A DNA stretch of 64,000 nt from an uncultured Actinomycetota bacterium (GCA_963851405.1 CAWKPB010000007.1:268780-332779); one strand, 5' to 3'. Shown: positions 39,452 through 50,022, counted from the first letter of the stretch. Translations and numbers: made by a program. Notes: a model not told the origin generated them from the sequence alone.

Positions 39452-39502
39452 CGGCTCGAACGGCATTCCTCGACGTTCTCCTCCACAGGATCTGAGGTAC
39501 GC

Positions 39503-39565
39503 AGACGAGGCCCTCGGCGCATAGCCGGGGGCCTCGTCGGTGAGCCGGGTCGGCCCGGCGTTTTG
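39503..39565 (+). terminator. tandem hairpins downstream of the NCS-like genes; the second is followed by a T-tract (intrinsic-terminator-like)
   Basis: Stem gacgaggccc...gggcctcgtc (10 bp), then gccgggtcggcccggc followed by gttttg. Confidence 0.5.
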
Positions 39566-39692
39566 CCCTCCACGGCACACGGAGTACCCGATGAGATGAG
39601 GGCCGCCTGGGCGATTATGCTGACACAACTGTCACTAAACCGCAGGGCTTGGCGATCCAGCCCGCCCTCCTGCATCGGATTGGCTTCCGCTG

Positions 39693-40817
39693 ATGTTCCT
39701 CGCTCGCCGAGACCTCGCCTTCGCCCGGGGCCGTTTCGCCTTGATGGGTCTGGTCATCGCCCTCATCGCGGTGCTCGGGGTGATGTTGACGGGTCTGGCC
39801 ACGGGACTGGCTACCGATGGGATATCCGGCCTGCGCGCGATGCCCGTCACGCACCTGGCCTTCGAATCCGCGGCCACCGGCGACTTGTTCTCTCGTAGCA
39901 CCGTCACCTTGGACGACGTCGCGGCCTATGCGTCGGCCCCAGGGGTCGAGCAGGCGGCGCCGTTCGGCAATCAGCTCACCCATGCAGAGATCGCCACGGG
40001 AGACAACGAAGGCAAGCAGCTCAGCCTCGCCGTCTTCGGTGTCGACCCGGCCACGTTCCTGAACCCGACCCCTGAAGCGGGAGCGCCCCTCGAATCCGAC
40101 GTGGACGGCATCCTGATCAGCGAAGCGCTCGCGGATGAGGGCATCGCTATCGGCGACACCCTGATGATCGATCGGATGGGACTTCCGCTGACGGTGGTCG
40201 GGCGGCTGGGTACCGCCTCGTTCGGACATATTCCGGTCGCCTACGCCCCGCTGGCCACTTGGCAGAAGATCCACTACGGACTTCCCGGCACCTTGCCACT
40301 CCAGGCCCGACAGCAAGCCACATCGGTGGCTTTGCAGATGGAATCCGGCGTCGATGTCAGTGACGTGGACTCCGCGCGAGGGCTCAGCACCATAGCCCGC
40401 GTCGCCTCCTACAACGCTTCACCTGGCTACGAGGCCGAATCCAGCACGATGACCCTGATTCGCGGCTTCCTGTACGTGATCTCGGCCCTGGTCGTGGGCG
40501 CGTTCTTCACTGTGTGGACCGTGCAGCGAAGGCCAGAGATCGCGTTGCTCAAGGCGCTGGGAGCCTCAACTCAGTACATTCTGCGGGACGCGCTTGCCCA
40601 GGTGGTGACCGTCTTGCTCAGCGCCACGTTGATCGGGTCGGTGATGGGGTGGCTGCTGGGGCTGACCGTTCCTGCAGCGGTTCCGTTCTCGCTCGAGATC
40701 GGGCCGGTGGTCGTTGCCTCCGCTTTGCTGGTCCTTCTCGGCGTCCTCGGGGCTTCGGTCGCCGTCCGGCGTATCACCAGTGTCGATCCGCTTGCAGCGT
40801 TAGGGGATCAACGATGA
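39693..40817 (+). CDS. ABC transporter permease, FtsX/MacB-type
   Basis: N-terminal TM, large extracytoplasmic domain, then three C-terminal TM helices, the characteristic FtsX topology; followed by a coupled ATPase gene. Confidence 0.75.
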   Translation: MFLARRDLAFARGRFALMGLVIALIAVLGVMLTGLATGLATDGISGLRAMPVTHLAFESAATGDLFSRSTVTLDDVAAYASAPGVEQAAPFGNQLTHAEIATGDNEGKQLSLAVFGVDPATFLNPTPEAGAPLESDVDGILISEALADEGIAIGDTLMIDRMGLPLTVVGRLGTASFGHIPVAYAPLATWQKIHYGLPGTLPLQARQQATSVALQMESGVDVSDVDSARGLSTIARVASYNASPGYEAESSTMTLIRGFLYVISALVVGAFFTVWTVQRRPEIALLKALGASTQYILRDALAQVVTVLLSATLIGSVMGWLLGLTVPAAVPFSLEIGPVVVASALLVLLGVLGASVAVRRITSVDPLAALGDQR

Positions 40818-41515
40818 CGAGCGCCCCGAGTCTTGAGTTACGCAACGTCGTGCTCACCTTTGGTGAGGGAGACTCCGACGTGACCGCGCTCGACCACGTG
40901 TCGCTGAAGGTCGATCCCGGCGAGTTCGTCGCCGTCGTCGGGCCGTCGGGCTCCGGGAAGTCGAGCATGCTCGCGGTGGCGGGTGGTCTCGAACGGCCCA
41001 CCACCGGTTCCGTGTACGTCGATGGCATCGAGACGACGGCCCTGAAGGACGCGGAACGCACGGTGCTCCGCCGTCACCGGATCGGCTTCGTCTTTCAGCA
41101 ATCCAATCTGATCCCTGCACTGAGCGTCCGCGACCAGCTGCTGCTGCTCGCCCACATCGACGGAAGTCTTGATGATGCGGCCCGGGATCGGGCGGACGAT
41201 CTGATCGGCTCGGTCGGCCTGACGCAGCGCACGGGCCACCGCCCGCAGCAGCTCTCCGGTGGGGAGCGACAACGGGTCGGTATCGCCCGTGCACTCATGT
41301 CCGCGCCAGCCTTGCTGCTGGTCGATGAACCCACGTCGGCGCTCGACAGCCGGCGCGCCCAGGAGATCGTCAGCTTGCTCGCCGAGCAGACGCACGACCG
41401 CCGAACCGGCACAGTCATGGTCACCCACGACACCAGCGTCCTACGGCATGTGGACCGGGTCTTGTATATGCATGACGGGGACCTCAGCGCCGAACCGGTG
41501 CCGGCCACCGACTAG
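40814..41515 (+). CDS. ABC transporter ATP-binding protein (MacB/LolD-like)
   Basis: ATG at 40814 overlaps the permease stop; Walker A GPSGSGKSS, signature LSGGERQRVGIARAL, Walker B LLLVDEPTSALD, H-loop VTHD. Confidence 0.9.
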   Translation: MTSAPSLELRNVVLTFGEGDSDVTALDHVSLKVDPGEFVAVVGPSGSGKSSMLAVAGGLERPTTGSVYVDGIETTALKDAERTVLRRHRIGFVFQQSNLIPALSVRDQLLLLAHIDGSLDDAARDRADDLIGSVGLTQRTGHRPQQLSGGERQRVGIARALMSAPALLLVDEPTSALDSRRAQEIVSLLAEQTHDRRTGTVMVTHDTSVLRHVDRVLYMHDGDLSAEPVPATD

Positions 41516-41544
41516 CCGGCATCGGCTGGGGAGGTAGAGCGCGC

Positions 41545-42213
41545 GTGCCCAAGATCTCGGCGCCGACCGTCGTTGAACAACGCGCGATCCAGCGCTCGGG
41601 AATCTTGTCCGCCGCAGCGGATCTGCTCGTTGAGGGTGGGGTACCGGCGCTCTCGCCCGCGGCGGTGGCCCAACGGGCCGGCATGGCGCGGTCAAACGTC
41701 TACCGCTACTTCGACTCGATGGCGGCCTTGCTCGCAACCGTGGTCGAGGAGGCGTACCCGTTGGCATGTTCAGTGGTGGCGGATGAACTCAAGGGCGCCG
41801 GTACGCCATATTTGCGGGTGGAGGCCTTCCTTGGCGCCACGCTCTCGATGGCGGCCGACGGACGTTTCCGAATGATTGGAGCGCTGGCCAGGGTCGACCT
41901 CCCGGCGATGTGTCGTGAGCGTGTGGACGAGCTCGACGCCACGTACGCCGAGCCTTTGCGCATCGCCCTTAGAGAGCTCGACCCGTCGACCGCTGACCTC
42001 CGGGCGGAGTTGGTGCTGGGTGCGCTGTTCGCCGGCGTCCGGCGCGTCGAAGCAGCGACCAGTTCGCTCGGGGGTCAGTATTCGGCGCCCATTCGGGGGC
42101 AGCAGGATGCGTCGGAGGTCCAGCGGGAGATCGTGGCGCTGTTCCTCACGGGCATCGCGGCGGCCAAGGCCGCAGACCTAGGTGCAGCGCCACTTCGTGC
42201 CGGGCGCTTGTGA
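41545..42213 (+). CDS. TetR-family transcriptional regulator
   Basis: N-terminal HTH ...LSPAAVAQRAGMARSNVYRYFDS; all-helical remainder; 222 aa. Confidence 0.85.
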   Translation: MPKISAPTVVEQRAIQRSGILSAAADLLVEGGVPALSPAAVAQRAGMARSNVYRYFDSMAALLATVVEEAYPLACSVVADELKGAGTPYLRVEAFLGATLSMAADGRFRMIGALARVDLPAMCRERVDELDATYAEPLRIALRELDPSTADLRAELVLGALFAGVRRVEAATSSLGGQYSAPIRGQQDASEVQREIVALFLTGIAAAKAADLGAAPLRAGRL

Positions 42214-42242
42214 ATGCTGGACCTTGGCCCCACAGTTCGTCC

Positions 42243-43694
42243 ATGACCAAACGACGACGTCTTGTGGCGTGCGCAGGATTGGGTTCTGTGCTGGTGGCGG
42301 GGCTTGTCGTAGTTCCGCCGGCAGCGGGTGCGCCGATAGACGTCCTTGGTGGATTCGCCGCGGCGGGCTCCTTCACACCTGGCGCCGCGGGTATCGGGGA
42401 TCCGTACGTCCCACGCGAGGGCAACGGCGGCTACCGGGTCGGCCGATACGTCATCGATGTGCGGTTCAACCCCGAGACGGACCGGATCCGGGCGACGACG
42501 GTGATCCACGCGCGTTCGACCCAGAACCTCTCGCGGTTCAACCTGGACCTCTACAGCCTGACCGTGGACTCGGTCACAGTCGATGGTCAAAAGGCTGCGT
42601 TCCATAGGCAGCCCCGTGAACTCATCGTGCGGCCGGCAAAGGGGATCCGCGATGGCCACGCGTTCAAGGTCAAGGTCGCCTATCACGGCAAGCCCAAGAC
42701 TCTGAAAGACCCACATCTTGGGAAGTCCGGATGGTTCAACACCAAAGACGGCGCGACCGTGGTGGGGGAGCCCGAGGCCGGCATGTTCTGGTTCCCCGTG
42801 AACGAGCACCCCAGCGACAAGGCTCGAATCAGGGTGAGGGCCACGGTTCCCGAGGGCCTCACCGCCGTGTCGAACGGGCGCATGGTCGCCAAGCCGGTGA
42901 CCCGTGACGGCTGGACGACGTTCGACTGGCGCAGCAAACACCCGATGGCGTCCTATCTGGCGACCGTCTCGATCGGACAGTTCCGCAAGCACGCGTCGAC
43001 GACCGCATCCGGCGTCCGGGTGCTCAACTACATCGACCCGCGCTTCCCTCGCTCTGTCGACCGCGCCCTTGGTCACGCCAAGGAAATGGTGACCTACTTC
43101 GAGAGCCGTTTCGGCAAGTACCCCTTCGAGTCCGCGGGCGGGATCGCGGACAACTACACCTCGTGGTACGCCTTGGAGAACCAGACTCGGCCCACGTACG
43201 ACCGGGGGATGGTGCGGTACGGCGGCCTGACACGAACCGTTGCTCACGAGCTGGCGCACCAGTGGTTCGGTGACAGTGTGGCGCTGCATCGCTGGCGCGG
43301 GATTTGGTTGAACGAGGGCTTTGCGACCTACGCCGAATGGATGTGGCGGGCCCATAACGGCGGACCGTCGGTCGTGGCTCAGTTCGCGTCGGCCTACCAA
43401 ACGAACGACGCCGATCCGTTCTGGTCTCTCATCGTGGCGGACCCGGGCTATGCGCATCTGTTTGACAGCCCGGTTTACGAGCGCGGCGCTATGGCTCTGC
43501 ACGCGCTTCGGCTGGAGGTCGGAGGCCCGAACTTCTTCGCCATCTTGCGGGCGTGGGCGAGGATTCACCGTGGCGGCAACGGAACGTCGGCTCAGTTCGA
43601 GGCTCTCGCACAGAAGAAGGCGGGGCAATCCCTGGCTAGCTTGTTCGACGACTGGCTCCGGACGCCGACGAAGCCGGCTGACCCGCGGGTCTAG
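42243..43694 (+). CDS. secreted M1-family zinc metallopeptidase (aminopeptidase N-like)
   Basis: Signal peptide after the internal ATG; HELAHQWFG...WLNEGFATY (HEXXH-x18-E) and a GxMEN-like substrate motif upstream. Confidence 0.85.
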   Translation: MTKRRRLVACAGLGSVLVAGLVVVPPAAGAPIDVLGGFAAAGSFTPGAAGIGDPYVPREGNGGYRVGRYVIDVRFNPETDRIRATTVIHARSTQNLSRFNLDLYSLTVDSVTVDGQKAAFHRQPRELIVRPAKGIRDGHAFKVKVAYHGKPKTLKDPHLGKSGWFNTKDGATVVGEPEAGMFWFPVNEHPSDKARIRVRATVPEGLTAVSNGRMVAKPVTRDGWTTFDWRSKHPMASYLATVSIGQFRKHASTTASGVRVLNYIDPRFPRSVDRALGHAKEMVTYFESRFGKYPFESAGGIADNYTSWYALENQTRPTYDRGMVRYGGLTRTVAHELAHQWFGDSVALHRWRGIWLNEGFATYAEWMWRAHNGGPSVVAQFASAYQTNDADPFWSLIVADPGYAHLFDSPVYERGAMALHALRLEVGGPNFFAILRAWARIHRGGNGTSAQFEALAQKKAGQSLASLFDDWLRTPTKPADPRV

Positions 43695-43888
43695 AGCCCG
43701 TCATGTCACGCTGAGTGATCAACGCCCGGCGGCTAGTCAGCCCCGCGGGGCCGTGTGGGGGACGTTCGCCGTCGAACCGCTGCGAGTCTCTGGACGAACG
43801 GCCGAGGTCGGTGCGTCGGCCCTGTCCTTAGGCTGAAGTCACCAACACGCCCGGCGTCATCGCCGGCGCGCCGCCCGAGCGTTGAGGG

Positions 43889-46800
43889 ATGTCCGTGAGC
43901 ATTCAGTCCGCATTCACTGCCCGCCCGACGGCCGTCGTCGCCGCGGCAGTCGTCGTTCTCGGGTCACTCTCGGTGACGGCCGCGGTCGTACCGGTCGCCG
44001 AGGCCGCCCAGGCCAAGCCGGGCCACACGAGCTTGGTGCCCGACGTCCCGCGCAACAACACCCCTCGCATCAGCAACGGTGAGATCTTCGACATCGAGGT
44101 CGTTCCGCAGCTCAATCGGGTGTTTATCGCTGGGTCCTTCTCCTCGATTCAGAACCGCACCGGCAACACCGCCGTGGTCAATCAGGCAGGCCTCGCCTCG
44201 TACAACATGAGCACTGGATTGATCGACACGGCCTTCCGCCCCTCGTTCAATGGCGGCGTAAGTGCGGTCGAAGCGTCTCCCGATGGCACCAAGTTGTTCG
44301 TGGGTGGCACCTTCAGCTCCGTGAGTGGGGTGGCCCGGCAGAAGGTGGCCAGCCTCAACCTGACAACAGGCGTTCCGGTGGCCGCTTTCGCGAGCACGAA
44401 GAGCACCAACAACGCGGTCAACGCCCTCGCTGCCACGAACAGCACGCTCTACGTCGGCGGGAAGTTCAGCCGGATCAACGGGACACTCATGACCGGCCTG
44501 GCGGCGTTGAGCGCGTCAACCGGAGATGTCGACCCCGGTTTTGACAACCAGATCTCCGGCGGGATTGGGGTCAACGGCGTTCTCACGGTCCAGCAGTTGA
44601 AGCTGACGCACGACGACTCGAAGCTCCTGGTGGTCCACTCCGGCCGCAAGATCGCGGGCCAAGACCGCCTCGCCGCCGGACTGATCGATACCCAGACCAA
44701 GCAGCTCTTGCCCTGGCGGACTCGGCTGTGGGACGAGTACCTCCCGATCGTGGGCGGGGTGCAGCGTGTCTACGCCGCAGACATCGCGCCGGACGACTCC
44801 TACTTCGTCGTCGGGAGCGGTTCGGGCGGCGACCGGCCGCCGATCAGTGACACGGCAGTCGCGTACCCGCTCGCCGGGGCCGACAACGTGCAGCCGTTGT
44901 GGGTGTCTCGGGCGTTCGACAGCATCTACTCCGTCGCCATTACCGAACAGGCCGTGTACATCGGCGGCCACTTCAACTGGAACGAGTCGCCGACGGCAAC
45001 CCAGCCATGGCCCGGTCTGGAGAACGTGGGTTACGGCAACGGTCAGGGACTGTCCGGGTACGGCCTCGGGGACGAAGTGGTCCACCGGTTCCAGCTGGGC
45101 GCCCTGAACCCCGTGGACGGGACGGCCCTGGAGTGGGGCCCGATCTCGACGGCCTTCGAGGGGAACAAGGCCATGGAGGCCACTCCTCGCGGTCTATTCG
45201 TGGGTGGCGACGGTATGTACCAAGGCGGCCTTCGGACCGGCCGGGTGGCCTTCTACGACTTCAACTCGCTGCCGGCGCCTTCCACGACCGACACGACGAT
45301 CACCGCGCCGATCGAAGGTCGGGTCGTGACGTCCGGCACGCCGTTCACGATCACGGGGACGGCCAAGAACCCACAAGGCATCAGGCGGGTTCAGGTGCAG
45401 GTGAAGGACCGGGACACCAAGCAGTTCCTCCAAGACGACCTCACCTCCTGGGGCCGGACCAACAGCATCAACGCCACCTTGGGCAGTGGCACGACCAATC
45501 GCAGCTGGTCGCTCCCCTTGACCCTCGCGGGGACCCGCTTGCTTGAGGCCCGCGCCAAGACCATCGGGACCAACGGCGTGAAGGACACGACTCAGGCGAT
45601 CAAGAAGTTCGAGATCTTCAGCTTCGACGATCAGACGCCGTCCACGAGCATCACCGCGCCGTCCGGTGTCCAGCCCAGCACCAGCTTCACGGTCTCCGGT
45701 ACCGCAACTGACGACCACGGGATTAACGCCCTCACGTACTGGTTCCGGGACGAGAACAACCAGTACCTGCAGAACGACGGCACGGTCGCTCCGATCTTCA
45801 ACACTTTCCGCGGTGCTCCGGACGTGATCGGGGCGCCCTCCGCGACCTGGTCCTACGACGTGACCCTGCCGCACGAGGGGGTGTGGCGCGGGAGCGCTAC
45901 GGCCATCGATACGGCTGGCCAGGCCGACCTTCGCAGCGGTGTCCGTGACTGGGTGGTGGACTCGAATGCGTCGCCTCCCACGGTCGAGATCGCTCAGCCG
46001 GTCACGATGATCCCCCCGATCGCGGCGGCCAGCGTCGTCGTGACCCCTGGATCGCCGTTGACGTTCTCGGGGACGGCGACGGACGACCAGCGCGTGAAGA
46101 ACGTGGAGATCCTGCTGCGTAACACCTCCACTGGTGAGAACCTCGGCTCCGACGGGTCATGGGGGGTCGGGGTGGCCTATGGCTACCACCGAATCTCGCC
46201 CGTGAACGTCAATATGGCTACGTACAACTGGTCATATACGACCCCGTTCTCGCTTTCCCCGGGCAGCTATCAGTTCACGATTCGGGCGACGGACAACGAC
46301 GACTTGACAACTCCCTCGAGCAGCCGCGGGTCATTGACCGTGCTGGCTCAGATCCCCGGCGACAGTGCGCCGAACGGTCTGCTCGATGTGACGGGAGCGC
46401 AGGTCACGGCGTCGTCGGCACTTCTGCTCACGGGTACAGCGACCGACGACTTGGGGGTCCAGAGCGTCGTGTTGACGATCCGGGACAACGACACCGGTCG
46501 CTATATGCAGCCGAACGGTTCGATGAGTTCGGACTACGCGACCCTGAGCACAACTCTGACGAGCCCCCTCGCGATGAGCACGAGCTGGTCGCGTTCGGTC
46601 ACGTTGCCGACGAGCGGCAACTTCGCGGTCACGGCCTTCGCCTATGACACGGCTGGGCAACGGGACCCGTCTACCTCCGGGGCGACTGCCAGCTACCGCT
46701 ACTACCCGGGCGACGCGCCACCCACCTTCGAGGCGGCACTGGGCCAACCGGTCGACGGCACGGCATTCACGGAGGGCCGGATCGTGGTGACCGGTCGCGC

Positions 46801-47842
46801 CACAGACGACCTGAGCATCGCCAAGGTCGAGGTGGCCGTCGTGAACCCCGTGGGGCAGTACATGTCCGGCTCCGGTTCGTTCACGAGCACGAACGAGAGT
46901 TGGCGCTCGGCGTTCATCAATAGCCCTGGCAGCACTGGGTCGAACTTCTCCTACACGACCCCGGTCATCGCGGACGGTACGTACACGGTGCTGGTGCGAG
47001 CCACCGATCACCACAGCCAGATCAGTGAAATCCGTACGTCCACCGGGATTACGGTTACCCACCCGGAGAACCTCCCCCCTGTGGCGGCGGCGACAGTTTC
47101 GTGTGCCCAGAACGTCTGCTCCTTCGATGCCCGGTCGTCGACGGATGAGAACCCGACGGCGTTGACCTATGCGTGGAACTTCGGCAATGGCTCTGGCTCG
47201 GGACCGGTGCCCGTTCGCACCTACCCCGGCCCCGGCCCGTACACGGTGAGCGTCACCGTCACTGATGAGTGGTTGGCGAGCTCCACGTTTGTGTTGGCCC
47301 CGTTCACTCTCGCGGAGCCGGTGGGCAACGCGGCCCCCCTGGCGGTGCTCACGACGAGCTGTGTGGCACTCACGTGCGGGGCCAGCAGCGCGTCGAGCTC
47401 CGACGCGAACGCAGGGGACCTGATCAGCCGGGTCCTTAACTGGGGTGATGGGTCGACGACTACGTCGACCACGTCCTCCCACACCTATGCGTCCCCCGGC
47501 AACTACGTGGTTACGCTCACAGTGACTGACGGCTGGGGCAAGTCGAATGTCGCGACCAAGACCTTGAGCCTGGTCGTTCCACCGGGGAACAACCCACCTG
47601 CTGTCGGATTCACCACCGACTGCACCGGCCTCACCTGCTCGTTCGTGAACACGACGACCGAACCGGACGGCGATGTCGTGCGGTACGCGTGGGCTTTCGG
47701 CACCATTCCCGAGAGCACGAGCGTGTCGCAGTCACCGCCGCCGAAGACCTACCCGGGACCGGGGACGTACACGGTCACGCTCACGGCGACCGACGGTTGG
47801 AACCAGGTGAGCACCGTCAGCCACACAGTGAGCGTCAGCTAG
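43889..47842 (+). CDS. very large secreted protein: N-terminal propeller-like region, about five roughly 120-aa Ig-like repeats with a TGTATDD motif, three C-terminal PKD domains
   Basis: 1317 aa; signal peptide. Five copies of [ST]G[TR]ATDD at roughly 360-nt spacing between about 45350 and 46800. Three PKD-like units with C..C....D...[YW].W.FGDG between about 47090 and 47840. Confidence 0.8.
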   Translation: MSVSIQSAFTARPTAVVAAAVVVLGSLSVTAAVVPVAEAAQAKPGHTSLVPDVPRNNTPRISNGEIFDIEVVPQLNRVFIAGSFSSIQNRTGNTAVVNQAGLASYNMSTGLIDTAFRPSFNGGVSAVEASPDGTKLFVGGTFSSVSGVARQKVASLNLTTGVPVAAFASTKSTNNAVNALAATNSTLYVGGKFSRINGTLMTGLAALSASTGDVDPGFDNQISGGIGVNGVLTVQQLKLTHDDSKLLVVHSGRKIAGQDRLAAGLIDTQTKQLLPWRTRLWDEYLPIVGGVQRVYAADIAPDDSYFVVGSGSGGDRPPISDTAVAYPLAGADNVQPLWVSRAFDSIYSVAITEQAVYIGGHFNWNESPTATQPWPGLENVGYGNGQGLSGYGLGDEVVHRFQLGALNPVDGTALEWGPISTAFEGNKAMEATPRGLFVGGDGMYQGGLRTGRVAFYDFNSLPAPSTTDTTITAPIEGRVVTSGTPFTITGTAKNPQGIRRVQVQVKDRDTKQFLQDDLTSWGRTNSINATLGSGTTNRSWSLPLTLAGTRLLEARAKTIGTNGVKDTTQAIKKFEIFSFDDQTPSTSITAPSGVQPSTSFTVSGTATDDHGINALTYWFRDENNQYLQNDGTVAPIFNTFRGAPDVIGAPSATWSYDVTLPHEGVWRGSATAIDTAGQADLRSGVRDWVVDSNASPPTVEIAQPVTMIPPIAAASVVVTPGSPLTFSGTATDDQRVKNVEILLRNTSTGENLGSDGSWGVGVAYGYHRISPVNVNMATYNWSYTTPFSLSPGSYQFTIRATDNDDLTTPSSSRGSLTVLAQIPGDSAPNGLLDVTGAQVTASSALLLTGTATDDLGVQSVVLTIRDNDTGRYMQPNGSMSSDYATLSTTLTSPLAMSTSWSRSVTLPTSGNFAVTAFAYDTAGQRDPSTSGATASYRYYPGDAPPTFEAALGQPVDGTAFTEGRIVVTGRATDDLSIAKVEVAVVNPVGQYMSGSGSFTSTNESWRSAFINSPGSTGSNFSYTTPVIADGTYTVLVRATDHHSQISEIRTSTGITVTHPENLPPVAAATVSCAQNVCSFDARSSTDENPTALTYAWNFGNGSGSGPVPVRTYPGPGPYTVSVTVTDEWLASSTFVLAPFTLAEPVGNAAPLAVLTTSCVALTCGASSASSSDANAGDLISRVLNWGDGSTTTSTTSSHTYASPGNYVVTLTVTDGWGKSNVATKTLSLVVPPGNNPPAVGFTTDCTGLTCSFVNTTTEPDGDVVRYAWAFGTIPESTSVSQSPPPKTYPGPGTYTVTLTATDGWNQVSTVSHTVSVS

Positions 47843-47940
47843 CGCACAGGCAGCGACAGGCCCGACATATCGGGACTTCGGTCCGGCGTGTCAAGACGAC
47901 GCGCCGGACCCGATCGTGTGACTGATGTGAAAGGTGTGAC

Positions 47941-49353
47941 GTGGATCGACCGATCCAGTTAGGGTCGCAGCCCGACCAACGACACCCGACGAGCCATCCC
48001 GAGGGGGAACAAGTGGCGGCCGAGGCCAACCCCGCGCGTTTTCGCGTGGCTGGTCGCTCGCGGTGCGGATACACCCGGCTCATCAGGATTTCCGTGGCCG
48101 GGCTCGCGACGCTGGCCCTAGGCCTTGGTATCGCCCTTCCCGCGCAGGCCAAGCCGCGGGACCCCACCCCTTCGGCGAGTGACGTGGCGCGGGCCCAGGA
48201 TGCGGCTCGAACTGCGGCGACTGACGTCGGTTTGATGCAAGCCCGCCTCGTCAACGCCCAGGGCCAGCTCGAGGCCTTGGAATCGGCCGAGGAGCGGGCC
48301 GTCGAGGCGTACAACGGAGCCCTCTTCTTGCTGGCCCAAGCTGAGGAGGCGGCCGCTGCCGCCCGATCACGCGCTGATGCGGCGAGCGTCGATCTGTTGG
48401 CCGCCCAGCGGGAGGTCGGCCGGTTCGCGGCGGCGAGCTATCGGATGGGTGGCGATCTCGGCAGTTTCGCGTCGATGCTCGATGCCGATGGCCCCACCGA
48501 TCTGATGAACCAAGCCAGCGACTTGGCGAACGTCGCGTCGAGCAACGATGTCGCCCTGGATCGCGTGGCGGCTGCACGGATCGTCTCCGCGGTGCTCGAG
48601 CAGCAGGCCACAGCCGCCGTCGAGGCGCAAACGGCAGCCGCTGAGCAGGTCCGGCTGGCCAAGGAGGAGGCGCAAGCTCGAGTCGCGGATCAGTCGGCGC
48701 AAATCTCGGGGCTGCGACAGTTGAGCAGTCAATTGTCCTCCCGACTGGCGCAGGCCAGGGCCACCGCAGGCAGTCTTTCGCAGGAGCGTCGTCAGGGCCT
48801 GGCCCAAGCGGCCCGTGATAAGGCAGCCCGTGAAAGGGCAGCCCGCGAAGCCAAGCAGAAGGCCGAGGCTGCCGGGTCGAGTGGCAACGGCAACACGGCG
48901 GGACCGCCGCCGGGTGATTCCGATGGCGAAGGGAACCCGTCGCACTGGTCTCCGTCGTTCATCGGCGGCACCCAATCCGGCAATAAGGCCGAGGCCCAGA
49001 AGGCGATCGCCTACGCGCGCAAGCAACTGGGAAAGCCGTATCTGTGGGCAGCCGCGGGGCCGGACCGTTTCGACTGCTCAGGACTGACGATGATGGCCTG
49101 GCGCAAGGGCGGGGTGTCCCTCCCGCACTGGTCGGTCGCGCAGTTCGCTCAGGCTCGCAAGGTCCCGGCGGCGACGGCCCGCCCTGGTGATCTCGTGTTC
49201 TTCGCCTTCGACGTCAGCGATCCCGGGACCATCCACCACGTCGCGCTCTATATCGGTGGCGGTCAGATGATCCATGCCCCCAGAACCGGGGACGTTGTCC
49301 GAGTGGCAGCTGTCTCCTCGGTCGGTGGACTGATCGGTTTCGCGCGCCCCTAG
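47941..49353 (+). CDS. NlpC/P60 peptidoglycan endopeptidase with long N-terminal coiled-coil (RipA-like); true start probably further downstream
   Basis: C-terminal [21 protein letters not shown]...[16 protein letters not shown] (Cys-His catalytic pair of NlpC/P60); central Ala/Gln-rich heptad region. Confidence 0.8.
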   Translation: MDRPIQLGSQPDQRHPTSHPEGEQVAAEANPARFRVAGRSRCGYTRLIRISVAGLATLALGLGIALPAQAKPRDPTPSASDVARAQDAARTAATDVGLMQARLVNAQGQLEALESAEERAVEAYNGALFLLAQAEEAAAAARSRADAASVDLLAAQREVGRFAAASYRMGGDLGSFASMLDADGPTDLMNQASDLANVASSNDVALDRVAAARIVSAVLEQQATAAVEAQTAAAEQVRLAKEEAQARVADQSAQISGLRQLSSQLSSRLAQARATAGSLSQERRQGLAQAARDKAARERAAREAKQKAEAAGSSGNGNTAGPPPGDSDGEGNPSHWSPSFIGGTQSGNKAEAQKAIAYARKQLGKPYLWAAAGPDRFDCSGLTMMAWRKGGVSLPHWSVAQFAQARKVPAATARPGDLVFFAFDVSDPGTIHHVALYIGGGQMIHAPRTGDVVRVAAVSSVGGLIGFARP

Positions 49354-49865
49354 TGCTCGGCGCCGTCAGCCGCCAGCCGTTCCTGATGGTCGCGCAAGCG
49401 CGCATAGGACGCTTTGATCTCGATCTCGGCCTCAGCCCGTCCGGTCCAGGTGGCGCCCTCCACGGACTTGCCCGGCTCCAGGTCCTTGTAGACAGAGAAG
49501 AAGTGCTCGATCTCAAGCCGATCGAATTCGGGCACGTGGAAGATGTCTTGGAGGTGAGACTGCCGGGGGTCACCGGAGGGCACGCACAAAACCTTGTCGT
49601 CACCACCCGCCTCGTCCTTCATGCGGTACATGCCAATCGCTCTGGCTCGAATCAGGCATCCGGGGAACGTCGGCTCTTCAAGCAGCACCAACACGTCCAG
49701 GGGGTCACCGTCCTCGCCAAGGGTGTCATCGATGAACCCGTAGTCGTGGGGGTACCTCGTCGACGTGAACAGCATCCGGTCGAGCCGGATGCGTCCCGTC
49801 TGGTGATCCATCTCGTACTTGTTGCGCTGACCCTTGGGGATCTCGATGGTGACGTCGAACTCCAC
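49350..49865 (-). CDS. ppa: inorganic pyrophosphatase (family I)
   Basis: GTG at codon 33 of ORF 49350..49961 gives [18 protein letters not shown]..., a canonical Ppa N-terminus; the DYGFI and DGDPLD motifs are present. Confidence 0.9.
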   Translation of the reverse strand: MEFDVTIEIPKGQRNKYEMDHQTGRIRLDRMLFTSTRYPHDYGFIDDTLGEDGDPLDVLVLLEEPTFPGCLIRARAIGMYRMKDEAGGDDKVLCVPSGDPRQSHLQDIFHVPEFDRLEIEHFFSVYKDLEPGKSVEGATWTGRAEAEIEIKASYARLRDHQERLAADGAEH

Positions 49866-50022
49866 TGCTGGCTCCCTCGAAGGTTCGGGCTTGGCGTGGC
49901 CGGGCTGGTCGGCCGTCACCGGCGCGCAGCGCGCTGGGTGTTGCCGCATAGTCTGGCGCACTCGAAGCCTGTCGGCTCACGATCTGCCACCAGCATCGTC
50001 GTGGATTGCACCAGGGAGTGCC

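Noticed and set aside
42075-43628. 517-aa minus-strand ORF
   Set aside because: It is antisense to the M1 metallopeptidase gene, which carries an intact HEXXH-E motif.
46331-47482. 383-aa minus-strand ORF
   Set aside because: It is antisense to the PKD-domain region of the giant secreted protein.
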